Assembly (NCBI GenBank): GCA_034530615.2
Contig: JAVRCV020000015.1
Coordinates: 128,001-192,000, forward strand
DNA: 64,000 nucleotides
Direction: 5' to 3'
Source: Aulosira sp. ZfuVER01
GTDB taxonomy: Bacteria > Cyanobacteriota > Cyanobacteriia > Cyanobacteriales > Nostocaceae
In this document: in pieces, positions 20,792 to 31,815 of the stretch
Numbering within the stretch: the stretch's first letter is position 1
Layout: each line of letters opens with the position of its first letter
Notes under the pieces: model-generated
What the model saw: only the letters and a program-made list of their open reading frames with translations
What the model was told of the DNA's origin: nothing
Database searches by the model: none
Translations under genes and position numbers: made by a program

Positions 20792-20962
20792 ATGGGGCGT
20801 AAACGTTCTAAATCTGACTTGCCTACAAAAATCTGTCCGGTATGCGAACGTCCCTTCACCTGGCGCAAGAAATGGCAAGATTGCTGGGACGAGGTGAAAT
20901 ACTGCTCAGAACGTTGCCGCCGTCGGCGTTCTGAAGTTAAAAATGAAACTGACTCAAACTAA
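20792..20962 (+). CDS. DUF2256-family small Cys-rich protein (absent from the ORF track)
   Basis: Hand translation MGRKRSKSDLPTKICPVCERPFTWRKKWQDCWDEVKYCSERCRRRRSEVKNETDSN. Confidence 0.88.
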   Translation: MGRKRSKSDLPTKICPVCERPFTWRKKWQDCWDEVKYCSERCRRRRSEVKNETDSN

Positions 20963-20994
20963 CACCACACAGACGCAAATAGCGCAAGGGATAT

Positions 20995-21981
20995 ATGAAG
21001 TTACAGGTGCAGCCAAAATTAATTATTCATGGAGGGGCTGGTAGTTCACTACACGGGAAAGGCGGAGTGGAGGCGGTGCGTCAAGCACTCCATACAGTAG
21101 TAGAGGAAGTGTACTCTCTCCTCATTGCCGGAGCAAATGCCTCAGAAGCAGTGGTGCAAGGTTGCCAATTGTTGGAAGATAACCCCCGCTTTAATGCTGG
21201 TACTGGTTCTGTACTACAATCTGATGGTCAAATCCGTATGAGTGCTTCTCTGATGGATGGGACATCAGGGCGCTTTAGTGGTGTAATAAATATCTCGCGG
21301 GTTAAAAATCCTATACAGTTGGCACAATTTTTACAAACCTCACCAGATAGGGTACTGTCAGATTACGGTTCAGCTGAACTAGCGCGGGAGTTACAAATTC
21401 CTAGCTATAACGCTTTAACAGATTTGCGGTTGCAAGAATGGATACAGGAACGTCAGGATAATTTTAAAAGCACGATGGCTGGGGTGGTAGCAGAACCAGA
21501 ACTTGTAGAAAGCAGTAATGCCGGACGCGGCACTATAGGTGTAGTAGCTTTAGATACTCATGGTAGATTAGCATCCGGTACTTCCACAGGCGGTAAAGGC
21601 TTTGAGAGGATTGGCAGAGTCAGTGATTCTGCAATGCCAGCAGGTAATTATGCGACAAGTATGGCTGGTGTCAGCTGTACTGGAATTGGTGAAGATATTA
21701 TCGATGAGTGTTTGGCAGCGAAGATAGTGGTACGTGTGACTGATGGGATGTCTCTTCAGGAGGCTATGAAACGCTCATTTGCTGAAGCACATAATAACAA
21801 ACGGGATTTGGGCGCGATCGCCTTAGATGCAAGTGGGGCGATCGCTTGGGGTAAAACCAGCCAAGTCTTGCTTGCTGCATACCACGACGGTAACAGGATT
21901 GGTGATACTTTAGAACTTCCAATTGCGACCAATGTTGGCTGTATTGTTAGTCCTGAGTCTTCAGTCGTGAGCGCTGAGTAA
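20995..21981 (+). CDS. iaaA: Isoaspartyl peptidase / plant-type L-asparaginase
   Basis: IIHGGAG, FNAGTGS, GTIGVVALD, TSTGG, GRVSDS, CTGIGE Ntn-hydrolase motifs. Confidence 0.9.
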   Translation: MKLQVQPKLIIHGGAGSSLHGKGGVEAVRQALHTVVEEVYSLLIAGANASEAVVQGCQLLEDNPRFNAGTGSVLQSDGQIRMSASLMDGTSGRFSGVINISRVKNPIQLAQFLQTSPDRVLSDYGSAELARELQIPSYNALTDLRLQEWIQERQDNFKSTMAGVVAEPELVESSNAGRGTIGVVALDTHGRLASGTSTGGKGFERIGRVSDSAMPAGNYATSMAGVSCTGIGEDIIDECLAAKIVVRVTDGMSLQEAMKRSFAEAHNNKRDLGAIALDASGAIAWGKTSQVLLAAYHDGNRIGDTLELPIATNVGCIVSPESSVVSAE

Positions 21982-22003
21982 TCAACTCAGCACTCATAAC
22001 TCA

Positions 22004-23359
22004 TTACTCAGCACTCTTATTGCGCCAACCAGGTTTGACTACTTGACGTGCGCGAGCAATCACCAGAGCATCATCAGGAACATCTTCTGTTACAGTTGAA
22101 CCGGCTGCCACGTAGACATCATTGCCTAGGGTAACTGGAGCAACCAAGACACTATTGGAACCAGTTTTAGTGCGATCACCTATTTTTGTTGGGTGTTTTT
22201 TGACACCGTCATAGTTGGCAGTAATTGTACCTGCACCGATGTTGACTTTCGTGCCAGCAGTGGTATCGCCTAAATATGACAAATGTGCCACATTCGTGCG
22301 ATCGCCTAATTGTGTATTTTTTAATTCCACAAAATTACCGATACGGCAACCAGCACCTACTTTAGCCTGACCGCGTAAATGGCTATAGGGGCCAATTTGG
22401 CTTCCTGCTTGCACAATGCTATCCCTAACTACGGAATACTGTACTGTGACATTTTCACCCAACTGGCTGTTTTCAATTAAACTCCCAGGACCAATGTGAC
22501 TTCCTGACTTAATCACAGTATTGCCACGCAGGTGAGTTTGAGGTTCAATAATCACATCTGGCTGTAATTCTACAGTGTCATCAATAGTAATACTGCTGGG
22601 GTCTATCAGCGTGACACCTGCCACCATCCATTTTTCCTTAACTCGTCTTTGCAAAATTTCGTAGGCATTTGCGAGTTGTAAGCGATCGTTGATGCCAAGA
22701 ATTTCTTGATAGTCTTCCACATCTACTGCCATCACTTTCCCAACTTGAGTTACAGCATCAGTGAGATAGTATTCTTTTTGGCTATTATTTGCTTCTAGGT
22801 GAGGTAACACCTTTGCTAAATTTTGCCAACGGAAGCAGTATACTCCGGCATTAATCCGGCGATTTTGTCTTTGAGCAGTAGTGCAATCCTTGTCTTCAAC
22901 GATTTGTTGCACAATATTTTCACTATCGCAAAAAACGCGCCCGTAACCTTTAGGATCGGGCAAATATGCTGTAAGAATAGTGGCAGCATTCTGATTTTCT
23001 TGGTGAGTTTGCAAAAGATTTTTCAGTGTTTGGGTACTTAACAACGGAACATCACCGTTTAACACTATTAAATCCCCAGCGTAATCTTCCAAATAAGGAA
23101 GTAATTGCTGGATCGCATGACCTGTCCCTTGTTGTACAGTCTGTTCGACAAACTCCAAACCAGGGATTGACTGCATGGCTGCTTTTACTTCTTCAGCCTG
23201 ATATCCCACGATCGCTAACCGCCGTGAAGGCGAAAGAGGTTCTACACTGTTAATCACTCTCTCTACTAGCGATCGCCCACCCAAAGAATGTAAAACTTTG
23301 GGCAGCTGTGATTTCATCCTTGTGCCGCGTCCCGCCGCTAGAATTGCTACAACTACCAT
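22004..23359 (-). CDS. glmU: Bifunctional UDP-GlcNAc pyrophosphorylase / glucosamine-1-P acetyltransferase
   Basis: [28 protein letters not shown], hexapeptide repeats. Confidence 0.97.
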   Translation of the reverse strand: MVVVAILAAGRGTRMKSQLPKVLHSLGGRSLVERVINSVEPLSPSRRLAIVGYQAEEVKAAMQSIPGLEFVEQTVQQGTGHAIQQLLPYLEDYAGDLIVLNGDVPLLSTQTLKNLLQTHQENQNAATILTAYLPDPKGYGRVFCDSENIVQQIVEDKDCTTAQRQNRRINAGVYCFRWQNLAKVLPHLEANNSQKEYYLTDAVTQVGKVMAVDVEDYQEILGINDRLQLANAYEILQRRVKEKWMVAGVTLIDPSSITIDDTVELQPDVIIEPQTHLRGNTVIKSGSHIGPGSLIENSQLGENVTVQYSVVRDSIVQAGSQIGPYSHLRGQAKVGAGCRIGNFVELKNTQLGDRTNVAHLSYLGDTTAGTKVNIGAGTITANYDGVKKHPTKIGDRTKTGSNSVLVAPVTLGNDVYVAAGSTVTEDVPDDALVIARARQVVKPGWRNKSAE

Positions 23360-23515
23360 AACTTAGCTATCAGCTATTAATGAATTGCGCTTTTGCGCTT
23401 GGTATTTTGAGATTGAGCCTCAAATATTACCAGTTGATCATCATAGACTGAAATCCCCGGTCATAATTAATTAGATCACCATCAAAGCTATTACTAAGTT
23501 AGAAGGTAGTCATTT

Positions 23516-24163
23516 TCACCGCAGAGCTTGATTTGCGACTTCAATTACCTGTTTTGCAGCTTTCTCTTTGCGTTCGCTGTAGCGATCTGTTAAGTAGTCC
23601 ACCTTGTCTCGTAGCAACAAGGTGAACTTATAAAGTTCTTCCATGACATCCACAACGCGATCGCGGTAAGGCGAATCCTTCATCGTACCGTCCTCATTAA
23701 ACTCCTGATAGGCTTTAGCTACCGAGGATTGATTGGGGATAGTAAACATCCGCATCCAGCGCCCCAGAATTCTTAATGTGTTGACAGCGTTGAAAGACTG
23801 CGATCCACCGCTGACTTGCATCACAGCCAAAGTTCTGCCTTGCGTCGGGCGAACGGCTCCTACACTGAGGGGAATCCAGTCAATCTGGTTTTTCATGATG
23901 CCACTAATATTACCGTGCAGTTCCGGGCTAGACCAAACCTGCCCTTCCGACCAAAGGCTTAATTCGCGTAACTCCTGCACTTTTGGGTGTGTGTCAGGTA
24001 CGCTACCGTGGATCGGTAGTTCACGTGGATCGAAAAACTTTACCTCTGCGCCAAACTCTTCAATGATGCGTGCTGCTTCCTCTGCTAAGAGACGGCTATA
24101 GGAACGCTCACGCAGAGAGCCATACAAAAACAAAATTCTGGGGGAATGGTCAAATGTTGTCAT
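23516..24163 (-). CDS. arsH: Arsenical resistance flavoprotein ArsH
   Basis: [34 protein letters not shown] at 24163 (MTTFDH) preferred. Confidence 0.94.
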   Translation of the reverse strand: MTTFDHSPRILFLYGSLRERSYSRLLAEEAARIIEEFGAEVKFFDPRELPIHGSVPDTHPKVQELRELSLWSEGQVWSSPELHGNISGIMKNQIDWIPLSVGAVRPTQGRTLAVMQVSGGSQSFNAVNTLRILGRWMRMFTIPNQSSVAKAYQEFNEDGTMKDSPYRDRVVDVMEELYKFTLLLRDKVDYLTDRYSERKEKAAKQVIEVANQALR

Positions 24164-24204
24164 AGAGATGTCAGGATACAGATTAATCAGTGCAGAGCTA
24201 CAGA

Positions 24205-24624
24205 CTAAGAACAGGCGCAACCTGAAGGGGTAACTTCAACAGGTTTAATATCCCGCACTTGCGAGTCAGCCAAAACTTTATAAATCTCCCAAGGTGCGCC
24301 ATCTGGGTCATGCACCCATACTTTATCTTGAAGGGCATAGCAACAAGTCACTTGCTCTTCTGTCCGAGTTTCCATTCCAAGTTGTTGCAGGCGATCGCTT
24401 GCTGTATTAACTTCCGTAGTTGTGTCAACCTCCACACCTAAATGGTTGAGAGTAGCAGCCGCCTCTTGATTCTCAATCAATACGAGCTTTAGAGGAGGTT
24501 GGGCGATTGCAAAGTTGGCGTAACCAGGGCGAAGTTTTGCAGGTTTAGTACCGAAAAGCTTGCTATAAAAATCAACAGCAGCATCGATATTACTAACATT
24601 TAAAGCAATTTGAACGCGAGACAT
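24205..24624 (-). CDS. arsI: ArsI/CadI-family VOC protein (C-As lyase-like)
   Basis: ALNV..., [25 protein letters not shown] with vicinal CC; located in the ars cluster. Confidence 0.82.
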   Translation of the reverse strand: MSRVQIALNVSNIDAAVDFYSKLFGTKPAKLRPGYANFAIAQPPLKLVLIENQEAAATLNHLGVEVDTTTEVNTASDRLQQLGMETRTEEQVTCCYALQDKVWVHDPDGAPWEIYKVLADSQVRDIKPVEVTPSGCACS

Positions 24625-24641
24625 GATAGTTATCCTTACGA

Positions 24642-25052
24642 TCAAACTTGTGTAAATTCTTGGGTGAGTGATTCAATTAGTTGAGTCACTCGTTCTTTAA
24701 TCTCATCGCGCACTCTGGGGAAAATTTCTGGCTGTTCGGCTGGATCGTCTAATTGCCAATCTGCAAATACTTCTCGTACAACCCACTCTGTTGGCAAATT
24801 TACGCCACAACCACACAGAGAAATCACAACATCAAATTCTTCTGGTTGGAAGTCACTCAGAGGTTTGGAGTGTTGATCGGTAATGTCGATGCCAACTTCT
24901 TTCATCGTAGCGATCGCTTCTGGTCTAACAATACTTGCTTCTAATCCAGAGCTTGTCACTTCAATCTTTCCTTTACCAAGTGTTTTGGCAAAGCCTTCCG
25001 CCATTTGCGAGCGTGCAGAATTCTTTTTACAGACAAACATTACACGTTTCAT
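24642..25052 (-). CDS. arsC: Arsenate reductase (LMW-PTP fold, cyanobacterial type)
   Basis: CKKNSARSQMAEG P-loop, SLCGC, DDP. Confidence 0.93.
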   Translation of the reverse strand: MKRVMFVCKKNSARSQMAEGFAKTLGKGKIEVTSSGLEASIVRPEAIATMKEVGIDITDQHSKPLSDFQPEEFDVVISLCGCGVNLPTEWVVREVFADWQLDDPAEQPEIFPRVRDEIKERVTQLIESLTQEFTQV

Positions 25053-25064
25053 GCTTCCATTCCT

Positions 25065-26135
25065 CTATAAAGTTCTCGATTCAGGTGCTGAGAAATAATG
25101 TTTTTGAAACCAGAAGGCAACATTAACAAGACTAATCAATACAGGTACTTCCACTAGCGGCCCGACTACAGCTGCAAAAGCCGCACCCGAATTAATGCCG
25201 AATACGGCGATCGCTACTGCGATCGCCAACTCAAAATTATTTCCTGCGGCTGTAAATGCTACACTTGCGGCTCTGGAATAGTCTGTCTTAATTCGCCACG
25301 CCATGTAAAAGCTAACCAAAAACATGACAATGAAATAGATAATCAGCGGAATTGCAATCTTCACCACATCTAGGGGAATTTGAACAATTAAATTCCCTTT
25401 TAAGCTGAACATGACGACGATTGTAAATAACAAAGCAATCAATGTGATCGGGCTGATTTTAGGGACAAATTCTTCGTGATACCAGCGCTTGCTTTTCGCC
25501 TTCACTAAAAAGAAACGAGTGAAAAATCCGGCTAAAAAGGGAATACCAAGATAGATGAATACACTTTGGGCAATCTCGGCAATGCTGACGTTAACGATAC
25601 TACCTTGCAATCCAAATAGGGGCGGTAGTACACTAATAAAAAACCAAGCATAAGGACTGTAGAAAATGACCTGAAATATGCTGTTGAAAGCAACCAATCC
25701 AGCAGTGTACTCTGTATTACCTCGTGCTAGATCGCTCCACACAACTACCATCGCAATACAACGGGCTAATCCAATCAAAATCAATCCCGTCATGTATTCT
25801 GGATAATTTCGTAAGAAGATAGTCGCCAGTGCAAACATCAGAATTGGCCCGATAATCCAATTCTGAATTAGTGACACACTGAGAATTTTTCCGTTGCGAA
25901 ATACATCCCCTAACTCTTCATACCGCACCTTAGCCAAGGGTGGGTACATCATTAGAATTAACCCAATGGCAATTGGGATATTAGTCGTTCCTACCTGAAA
26001 CTGATTAATAAATGCTTCGACTCCAGGAAGAAAATAACCTAAGCTAACCCCAACAGCCATTGCCAGAAAAATCCATAAGGTCAGGAAGCGATCGAGAAAA
26101 GAAAGCTGTTTAGAAATGGTTTTCGTCGTCATCAT
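25065..26135 (-). CDS. acr3: Acr3-family arsenite efflux permease
   Basis: [35 protein letters not shown]. Confidence 0.95.
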   Translation of the reverse strand: MMTTKTISKQLSFLDRFLTLWIFLAMAVGVSLGYFLPGVEAFINQFQVGTTNIPIAIGLILMMYPPLAKVRYEELGDVFRNGKILSVSLIQNWIIGPILMFALATIFLRNYPEYMTGLILIGLARCIAMVVVWSDLARGNTEYTAGLVAFNSIFQVIFYSPYAWFFISVLPPLFGLQGSIVNVSIAEIAQSVFIYLGIPFLAGFFTRFFLVKAKSKRWYHEEFVPKISPITLIALLFTIVVMFSLKGNLIVQIPLDVVKIAIPLIIYFIVMFLVSFYMAWRIKTDYSRAASVAFTAAGNNFELAIAVAIAVFGINSGAAFAAVVGPLVEVPVLISLVNVAFWFQKHYFSAPESRTL

Positions 26136-26188
26136 TTATTCCACAGAAACTTACCAATGTTTGAGCTTCATCTAGTAGCTTAAAAAGT

Positions 26189-27244
26189 CTAGAATTTGGC
26201 TTCTTTGCGTAACAACTCACCAATTGTTAAGTTCATTTCTGCTTTTCCATCAAAAACTGTTCCTACTTTGCCTTTGTACAAGTGAACATAATTGATTTGG
26301 TAGCCATCATTTGGTAGAGGTATATACCCCACAGAACTGACTGTTTTTGGTGCTTTCTGAATATAGAAATCTACAAAGTTGTACAGCGTTCCTCTGTTTG
26401 GTAAAGACTGAGGATTGATATAGATAAACAAAGGCCGAGAAAGTGGTTGATATTGTGCTTTCTCTACAGCTTGAGGAGATGGCGATACTGCACCGCGTCC
26501 GTTATCAATGGAGAGTGCTTTTAACTTATCTTGATGTTTTTCGTAGTACGCATAACCAAAGTAACCCAAAGCATTAGGGTCTTTACTTACGCCATCTACC
26601 AGTACCTCATCATCTTCACTGGCTGTATAGTCGTTGCGAGATGTTCTGACTTTACCTACAACTGCTTCTGTAAAGTAGTCAAAAGTACCAGATTTTTTAC
26701 CTGCACCATACAAAGTCAAAGGACGATCTGACCAAGATGCACGTATTTGGTTCCAGCGGGTGATTTTTCCTTCAGCAGCAGGTTCCCAAATTTTCTTTAA
26801 TTCTGCTACTGTGATATCTTTTGCCCAGTTATTTTGCGGATGAACAGCAACAGTAAGGGCATCAAAAGCGATAGGAAGCTCTATGTACCCTACCCCATTT
26901 TTCTTGCACGCTTCCATCTCTGAGAGCAAAATCGGTCGGGAAGCGTTGTTGATGTCTGTTTCTCCAGCACAGAATTTTTCAAATCCGCCTGTAGTACCAG
27001 AAAATTTCACTTCTACTGGTGATGAAAACTCTTTGGCGATCGCTTGGCTAATTGGATATACCGTACTAGAACCATCAATTTTTATCGTTGTTCCGGCCTT
27101 GGTAGTGTTACTAGCTTCAATAGCTTTTGGGGAATTTTGACTTTGAGTACTAGAAGTTGAGCTAGTTGCACAACTGCCTACTAAAGCCAGCGTTCCCAGC
27201 GCGAGAGCCAATTTCTTAACTTTTGCTGGCATTGACCTCTCCAC
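26189..27244 (-). CDS. pstS: PstS-family phosphate-binding lipoprotein
   Basis: Lipobox [39 protein letters not shown]. Confidence 0.9.
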   Translation of the reverse strand: MERSMPAKVKKLALALGTLALVGSCATSSTSSTQSQNSPKAIEASNTTKAGTTIKIDGSSTVYPISQAIAKEFSSPVEVKFSGTTGGFEKFCAGETDINNASRPILLSEMEACKKNGVGYIELPIAFDALTVAVHPQNNWAKDITVAELKKIWEPAAEGKITRWNQIRASWSDRPLTLYGAGKKSGTFDYFTEAVVGKVRTSRNDYTASEDDEVLVDGVSKDPNALGYFGYAYYEKHQDKLKALSIDNGRGAVSPSPQAVEKAQYQPLSRPLFIYINPQSLPNRGTLYNFVDFYIQKAPKTVSSVGYIPLPNDGYQINYVHLYKGKVGTVFDGKAEMNLTIGELLRKEAKF

Positions 27245-27275
27245 CCTGTGTTGTGGCTAAGTTTTTCTCTCTTAT

Positions 27276-27344
27276 TTCAAGAAAACTTGATGTATGGAGG
27301 TCTTGTCAAGTATGAGATATAAAAATTCATCAAAAAAAATTGAT
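27276..27344. promoter_or_regulatory. Two putative ArsR operators upstream of pstS
   Basis: TTCAA-N6-TTGAT (27276-27291) and ATCAA-N6-TTGAT (27329-27344), matching the cyanobacterial ArsR box. Confidence 0.72.
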
Positions 27345-27363
27345 GTATTATTCAGGAACTTCT

Positions 27364-27681
27364 TTAGCAAGGGCGCGCAGGTAACACTTTAATGAAGCGG
27401 CGATAATCGGATAAATATTGCTCTAAGACAACAAATTGAGCCAAATTCAAACTGTAGTAAATCCAGCGTCCTTCTTGACGCGATCGCACTAAGCCAGCTT
27501 CTTTGAGAGTTTTGAGGTGAAAAGACAGTTTCGACTGAGTAACTCCTAACGCCGCGCACAAGTCACACACACATAGTTCTTGCTCACGCAACAATTCCAA
27601 AACCTTCAGTCGTAAAGGTTCAGAAAGAGCATGAAAGCCTGCAACAATCGCATCGGAAGTGAAAGTGGGGAGAGAATCCAT
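27364..27681 (-). CDS. arsR: ArsR/SmtB-family repressor
   Basis: ELCVCDL metal-binding box, QSKLSFHL, GRWIYY. Confidence 0.93.
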   Translation of the reverse strand: MDSLPTFTSDAIVAGFHALSEPLRLKVLELLREQELCVCDLCAALGVTQSKLSFHLKTLKEAGLVRSRQEGRWIYYSLNLAQFVVLEQYLSDYRRFIKVLPARPC

Positions 27682-27695
27682 CAAGTTTTATTGAA
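27680..27695. promoter_or_regulatory. Putative ArsR autoregulatory operator
   Basis: ATCAA-GTTTTA-TTGAA overlapping the arsR start codon. Confidence 0.65.
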
Positions 27696-27770
27696 ATATT
27701 TTTTGATATTTACCAGTCTAAGCTAACTTTAACTTAGTGGTATATCGCATTAATTTTGATGAGTTCGTTC

Positions 27771-29000
27771 TTAACAACCTTTTGTTTTGATAAAATCTGC
27801 AAACTGCTGCATGAGTTTGGGATTGCGCCAACCGGAATTGGTTTCATCTAGCATCAAATTCAGCGCTTCTTCTGAGGTAAAACTCTTTTTGTAAGGTCTT
27901 TCGCTTGTCAGCGCATCATAAATATCGAGAACCTGAAATACTTGTGCTAAGTAGGGAATATCTTCACCTTTGAGTCCATCAGGATAGCCCGATCCATCCC
28001 AGCGCTCATGGTGATGGCGAATAATCGGAATTACACCCCGCATACTACGTAGTGGCTGACAGATTTTTTCCCCAATGGAAACGTGCTGTCTCATAATCTC
28101 CCACTCTTCGGGGGTGAGTTTGCCTTTTTTCAGTAACACGGCATCGGGAATACCTACCTTACCAATATCGTGAAGATAACCACCCCACATCAAATCTCGA
28201 ATTTGGTTGCGTGAAAGATTGAGGTATTCACCAAAAGCTTGTCCTAGTTTGACTAACCGTTCGCAGTGATCGCCAGTATTAGGATCTCGACTTTCAATTG
28301 CCATAGCAACGGAAAATAGTACTTTTTCGGCATGATCTAAGTCTTCATTCAGCCGCTTCTGCCTTACCAAGGATTTAACACGCGCTGCTAATTCTACCCG
28401 ATCGAAGGGTTTGGTGAGAAAATCATCGGCTCCAACTTCAATACCCCGGATACGCGATCGCCTGTCATTTAAAGCTGTAATAAAAATGACCGGAATTAGT
28501 CTAGTATGCTCATTTTGTTTAAGAATCTGGCAGACTTCAAACCCATCCATTCCTGGCATCATTACATCCAGCAAAATCAGATCTGGTTGTTTTTGGGCAA
28601 CCATCTCTACTGCCATCGAACCACTGTCAGCTTCAATTACTTCGTACCCTTCCATCCCCAATAGCGCCACAGCGGTCATCCGGCTAGCAGCGTGGTCATC
28701 AACTACTAAAATTTTTGGCAGTTCTGAATCCATGCCATTGACTTTAGAACCTTGGGCTTGTATCACTCTAGAGTCTAATGATTCCTCATCAGTATTAAGA
28801 TTTTTCTGTTTCATCCAAGAAGGCAATGCTGGGGTTTTTTCAAGCATAAACTCTCCTTTAGATAAGCCCATTGAATCACCCTCTACATTTTGTAATTCTA
28901 GGGCATGATTTGAACTTATATTCGTCAATTTGCTCAGGGGGTTAGACCCATCAGCATTTTTTTCGATAGAGCTTATATGCTTGGATTCCCATTGACTCAC
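27771..29000 (-). CDS. Response regulator with HD-GYP phosphodiesterase domain
   Basis: REC (DVMMPGMDG), HDIGK, HHERWDGSGYP. Confidence 0.92.
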   Translation of the reverse strand: MSQWESKHISSIEKNADGSNPLSKLTNISSNHALELQNVEGDSMGLSKGEFMLEKTPALPSWMKQKNLNTDEESLDSRVIQAQGSKVNGMDSELPKILVVDDHAASRMTAVALLGMEGYEVIEADSGSMAVEMVAQKQPDLILLDVMMPGMDGFEVCQILKQNEHTRLIPVIFITALNDRRSRIRGIEVGADDFLTKPFDRVELAARVKSLVRQKRLNEDLDHAEKVLFSVAMAIESRDPNTGDHCERLVKLGQAFGEYLNLSRNQIRDLMWGGYLHDIGKVGIPDAVLLKKGKLTPEEWEIMRQHVSIGEKICQPLRSMRGVIPIIRHHHERWDGSGYPDGLKGEDIPYLAQVFQVLDIYDALTSERPYKKSFTSEEALNLMLDETNSGWRNPKLMQQFADFIKTKGC

Positions 29001-29760
29001 AAAACTGCTCCAATTTTCTCAATAAAAGTTAACGTTGTCACGTTTTCAAAATTGTAAGTTTAGTACTTGCTTGTATTTCAGCCGCAATTTTCCAAACTTG
29101 ATGCAATTATGATATCCATTTTTTTTAATAACAGATACATTATGTTTTTCAATAAATATTAAAAAAATTAAACAGTTCGCTAAGTCTGTTAATTTTCTCA
29201 GTTTGCTACGAGCAATTTACTTCAATTTCTACTCAGTTTTTTTACTTAGATTTTTTTAAGATACTAGCCATCGTAATTCCTGTATTTACTCGGTTCTTTT
29301 CTCAGTAAGAGCTAGACTTTAAAGTTTTTATTTTCCTCTCAAGGTATAAGTAATTTTGCGAATTGGTTCTAGTGCATTATCTACTAAATAATCCCTAAAG
29401 TTGAGTGATTTAGAACACAAAAATTAATGATCTTGATTACTAGAAACAATTAATCTTTGACCGGACTAATGACTCCGTGAGTTTTTCTTAACCATAAATA
29501 ATTTAGTTTGTATAAGTCAAGAATGCCAGCTTCTTTTTTTTCCAAAAAATGCAAATTATTTAGCAAAAAACACATGATTGGGGAATCATTTTTTTGCGGC
29601 TAAAAATTAAATATGAGGTGAATAGCTGTGATGTCTTCTAACAAAGCGATTTATATCCAAGCATAAATACTCAATCTATCCTTAGCTTTGTTCCATCCTG
29701 AAGGTGCGACCCATACATGGACTGCTGACGAAAAGCCGCTTTGTATTTACGCATAACAAA

Positions 29761-30666
29761 TTAAGAATCGCCTTCCCTAAACTCTTGAGTTGTAAGCCAC
29801 CTTTTTCGCCAACGGGAGGTAGGCTCTAGAGAAGAAGCTTGTTGCTCTTGTTGTCGTCGCATCAATATAACATAGGCAGGGTCATTCAATAGGGGGTCGC
29901 GGTAGGGAATAGCAGCACGAGTTTGCAAATGCTCTATTTCAGACGGGGAAAGCAAATTTAGTGCAAAAGTACTATAAAACCCTTGATGAACTGCTACTGT
30001 ACCAGGCGATCGCCTTCCTACTGGTGGGGTAGAAGCGATCGTTAAGCCAGTCGTTAATAGCGCTGTGCGTACAGAAGCAGCACAAGAATAAGTTGCAAGA
30101 ATACCATCCGGGTGCAAACACAAAGATACTTGTTTGATAAATTCCACAGTCCATAATTGAGGACACTGAGGCGGCGAAAAGGGATCGAGAAAAATTGCAT
30201 CCGCTAGAAAACCTTGCTGCTGTAAGAGTTGAATCGATTCTCTAGCATCCCCAAGGATTAACTCAGCCTTCAAGTACTCTTGTTGCACCTGATACTTAAA
30301 AGCTAGCTGATGCAACATATCGGTATACTTGTAGTCCCAATTATCAAATAAGTGATGAGCGATCGCAGCTTGGGGTACAGATGGATTGAGTTCTAACGCC
30401 ATGAGTTCAACAGAACAATTGGGATTTACGTCCCAAATAGTCTGCAAAGCCGCTGCTGTGTTGTATCCTAGACCATAACAAATGTCCAAAAGCCGTAACA
30501 CTGGTTTTTGGGCACGAGCAGCCAGTTGAGTAGGTTCTGCAAACTTGAGAAAACTCTCTTGCTTCGCTCCATAATGACTGTGAAAAGCTTCGCCAAACTC
30601 ATGGGAAGTAAAAGTAAAGGAACCATCTGCCGTAGGTTGTGGTACAAATGTGTCAAAATCTGGCAT
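29761..30666 (-). CDS. MnmC/MnmD-like SAM-dependent methyltransferase
   Basis: TADGSFT, FHS..GA, DICYGLGYN, DAIFLDPFSP..CPQLW, LATYS. Confidence 0.82.
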   Translation of the reverse strand: MPDFDTFVPQPTADGSFTFTSHEFGEAFHSHYGAKQESFLKFAEPTQLAARAQKPVLRLLDICYGLGYNTAAALQTIWDVNPNCSVELMALELNPSVPQAAIAHHLFDNWDYKYTDMLHQLAFKYQVQQEYLKAELILGDARESIQLLQQQGFLADAIFLDPFSPPQCPQLWTVEFIKQVSLCLHPDGILATYSCAASVRTALLTTGLTIASTPPVGRRSPGTVAVHQGFYSTFALNLLSPSEIEHLQTRAAIPYRDPLLNDPAYVILMRRQQEQQASSLEPTSRWRKRWLTTQEFREGDS

Positions 30667-30777
30667 CTTAGCAATAAAACACAGAATACTATCAGCTAAT
30701 AATCTAAATTACCAATGACCACAAGGGGCAGGAGAATAGAGAGCAAGGGAGGATGAGGGAGACGAGGAGAAATAGTA

Positions 30778-30830
30778 AATGCCCAATGCTCAATGCCCAA
30801 TGCCCAATGCCCAATGCCCAATGCCCAATA
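30778..30830. repeat. STRR heptamer tandem repeat (AATGCCC)n
   Basis: About 7 tandem aatgccc copies. Confidence 0.85.
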
Positions 30831-30834
30831 ACAA

Positions 30835-31656
30835 ATGACAAACGACAAATTAATTGTTTCGCCAGCATGGTTATTTGAACATCTGAACGATCCGCAAGTG
30901 GTGATTGTTGATTGTCGCTTTTCGTTGGCTAATCCCCAACTAGGACGACAGCAGTACCAAGAAAGCCACATCCAAGGATCTTACTATCTAGATTTGAACC
31001 AAGATCTTTCTAGTCCTGTAGAAGAACATGGAGGCAGACATCCTTTACCTAATCCCCTTGATTTAGCTCAAAAGTTATCAGAAATCGGAGTAAATTACCA
31101 AAAAACTTTGGTTGTAGCTTACGATGATTCGCGGTTTGCCTTTGCAGCGCGTTTGTGGTGGCTGTTGCAATATTTAGGACATGAACAAGTGGCGGTATTA
31201 GATGGAGGCTTTAGCGAATGGCAAAAAGCTGGTTATCCTGTTACAAATATTATTCCTCAACCTCAAACTGCTAGCTTTGTTCCCCAAATTCAAACAGATA
31301 AAGTAGTAGATATTCAAACCGTAAAAAGTAAAAAAGATTTGCCAGAGGTAATTCTGGTAGATTCGAGAGAAAGCGATCGCTATCGAGGAGAAAGAGAACC
31401 AATTGATAAAATTGCTGGTCATATACCTGGTGCTGTGAATTATCCTTGGCAAGAAGTTACAGATGCTTCAGGATATTTACTTTCACCAGCAGCACAACGC
31501 CGTCGCTGGGAAAAACTAGCAACTGCTGAGGAGATTCTAGTTTATTGTGGTTCTGGTGTTACTGCTTGCGTGAATTTACTTTCTTTAGAACTAGCAGGAA
31601 TTTCTAAAGGTAAACTGTATGCTGGTAGCTGGAGTGATTGGATTAGTTATATGTAG
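30835..31656 (+). CDS. Two-domain sulfurtransferase (rhodanese/SseA family)
   Basis: GGRHPLP, LDGG, GHIPGA, YCGSGVTAC, LYAGSWSDW. Confidence 0.93.
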   Translation: MTNDKLIVSPAWLFEHLNDPQVVIVDCRFSLANPQLGRQQYQESHIQGSYYLDLNQDLSSPVEEHGGRHPLPNPLDLAQKLSEIGVNYQKTLVVAYDDSRFAFAARLWWLLQYLGHEQVAVLDGGFSEWQKAGYPVTNIIPQPQTASFVPQIQTDKVVDIQTVKSKKDLPEVILVDSRESDRYRGEREPIDKIAGHIPGAVNYPWQEVTDASGYLLSPAAQRRRWEKLATAEEILVYCGSGVTACVNLLSLELAGISKGKLYAGSWSDWISYM

Positions 31657-31815
31657 TTTTAACTCCGGAGACCTGCGATGCTCGGTATTTCCAAAATAGG
31701 TAAGTAAAATACAATAAAATAGAATTTGTCAAGTGTTTTTTATCTATATTTAGAGAAGCTACACGGCTTAAACTGTGGCAGAACTATTAAGCAATATTAT
31801 TACAGCTAAGAGCAA

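Noticed and set aside
30696..30971. ORF with WALGIGH repeats (similarly 35534-35773, 37041-37335, 51365-51575)
   Set aside because: Translations of STRR/SDR repeats, mostly antisense to or overlapping real genes.
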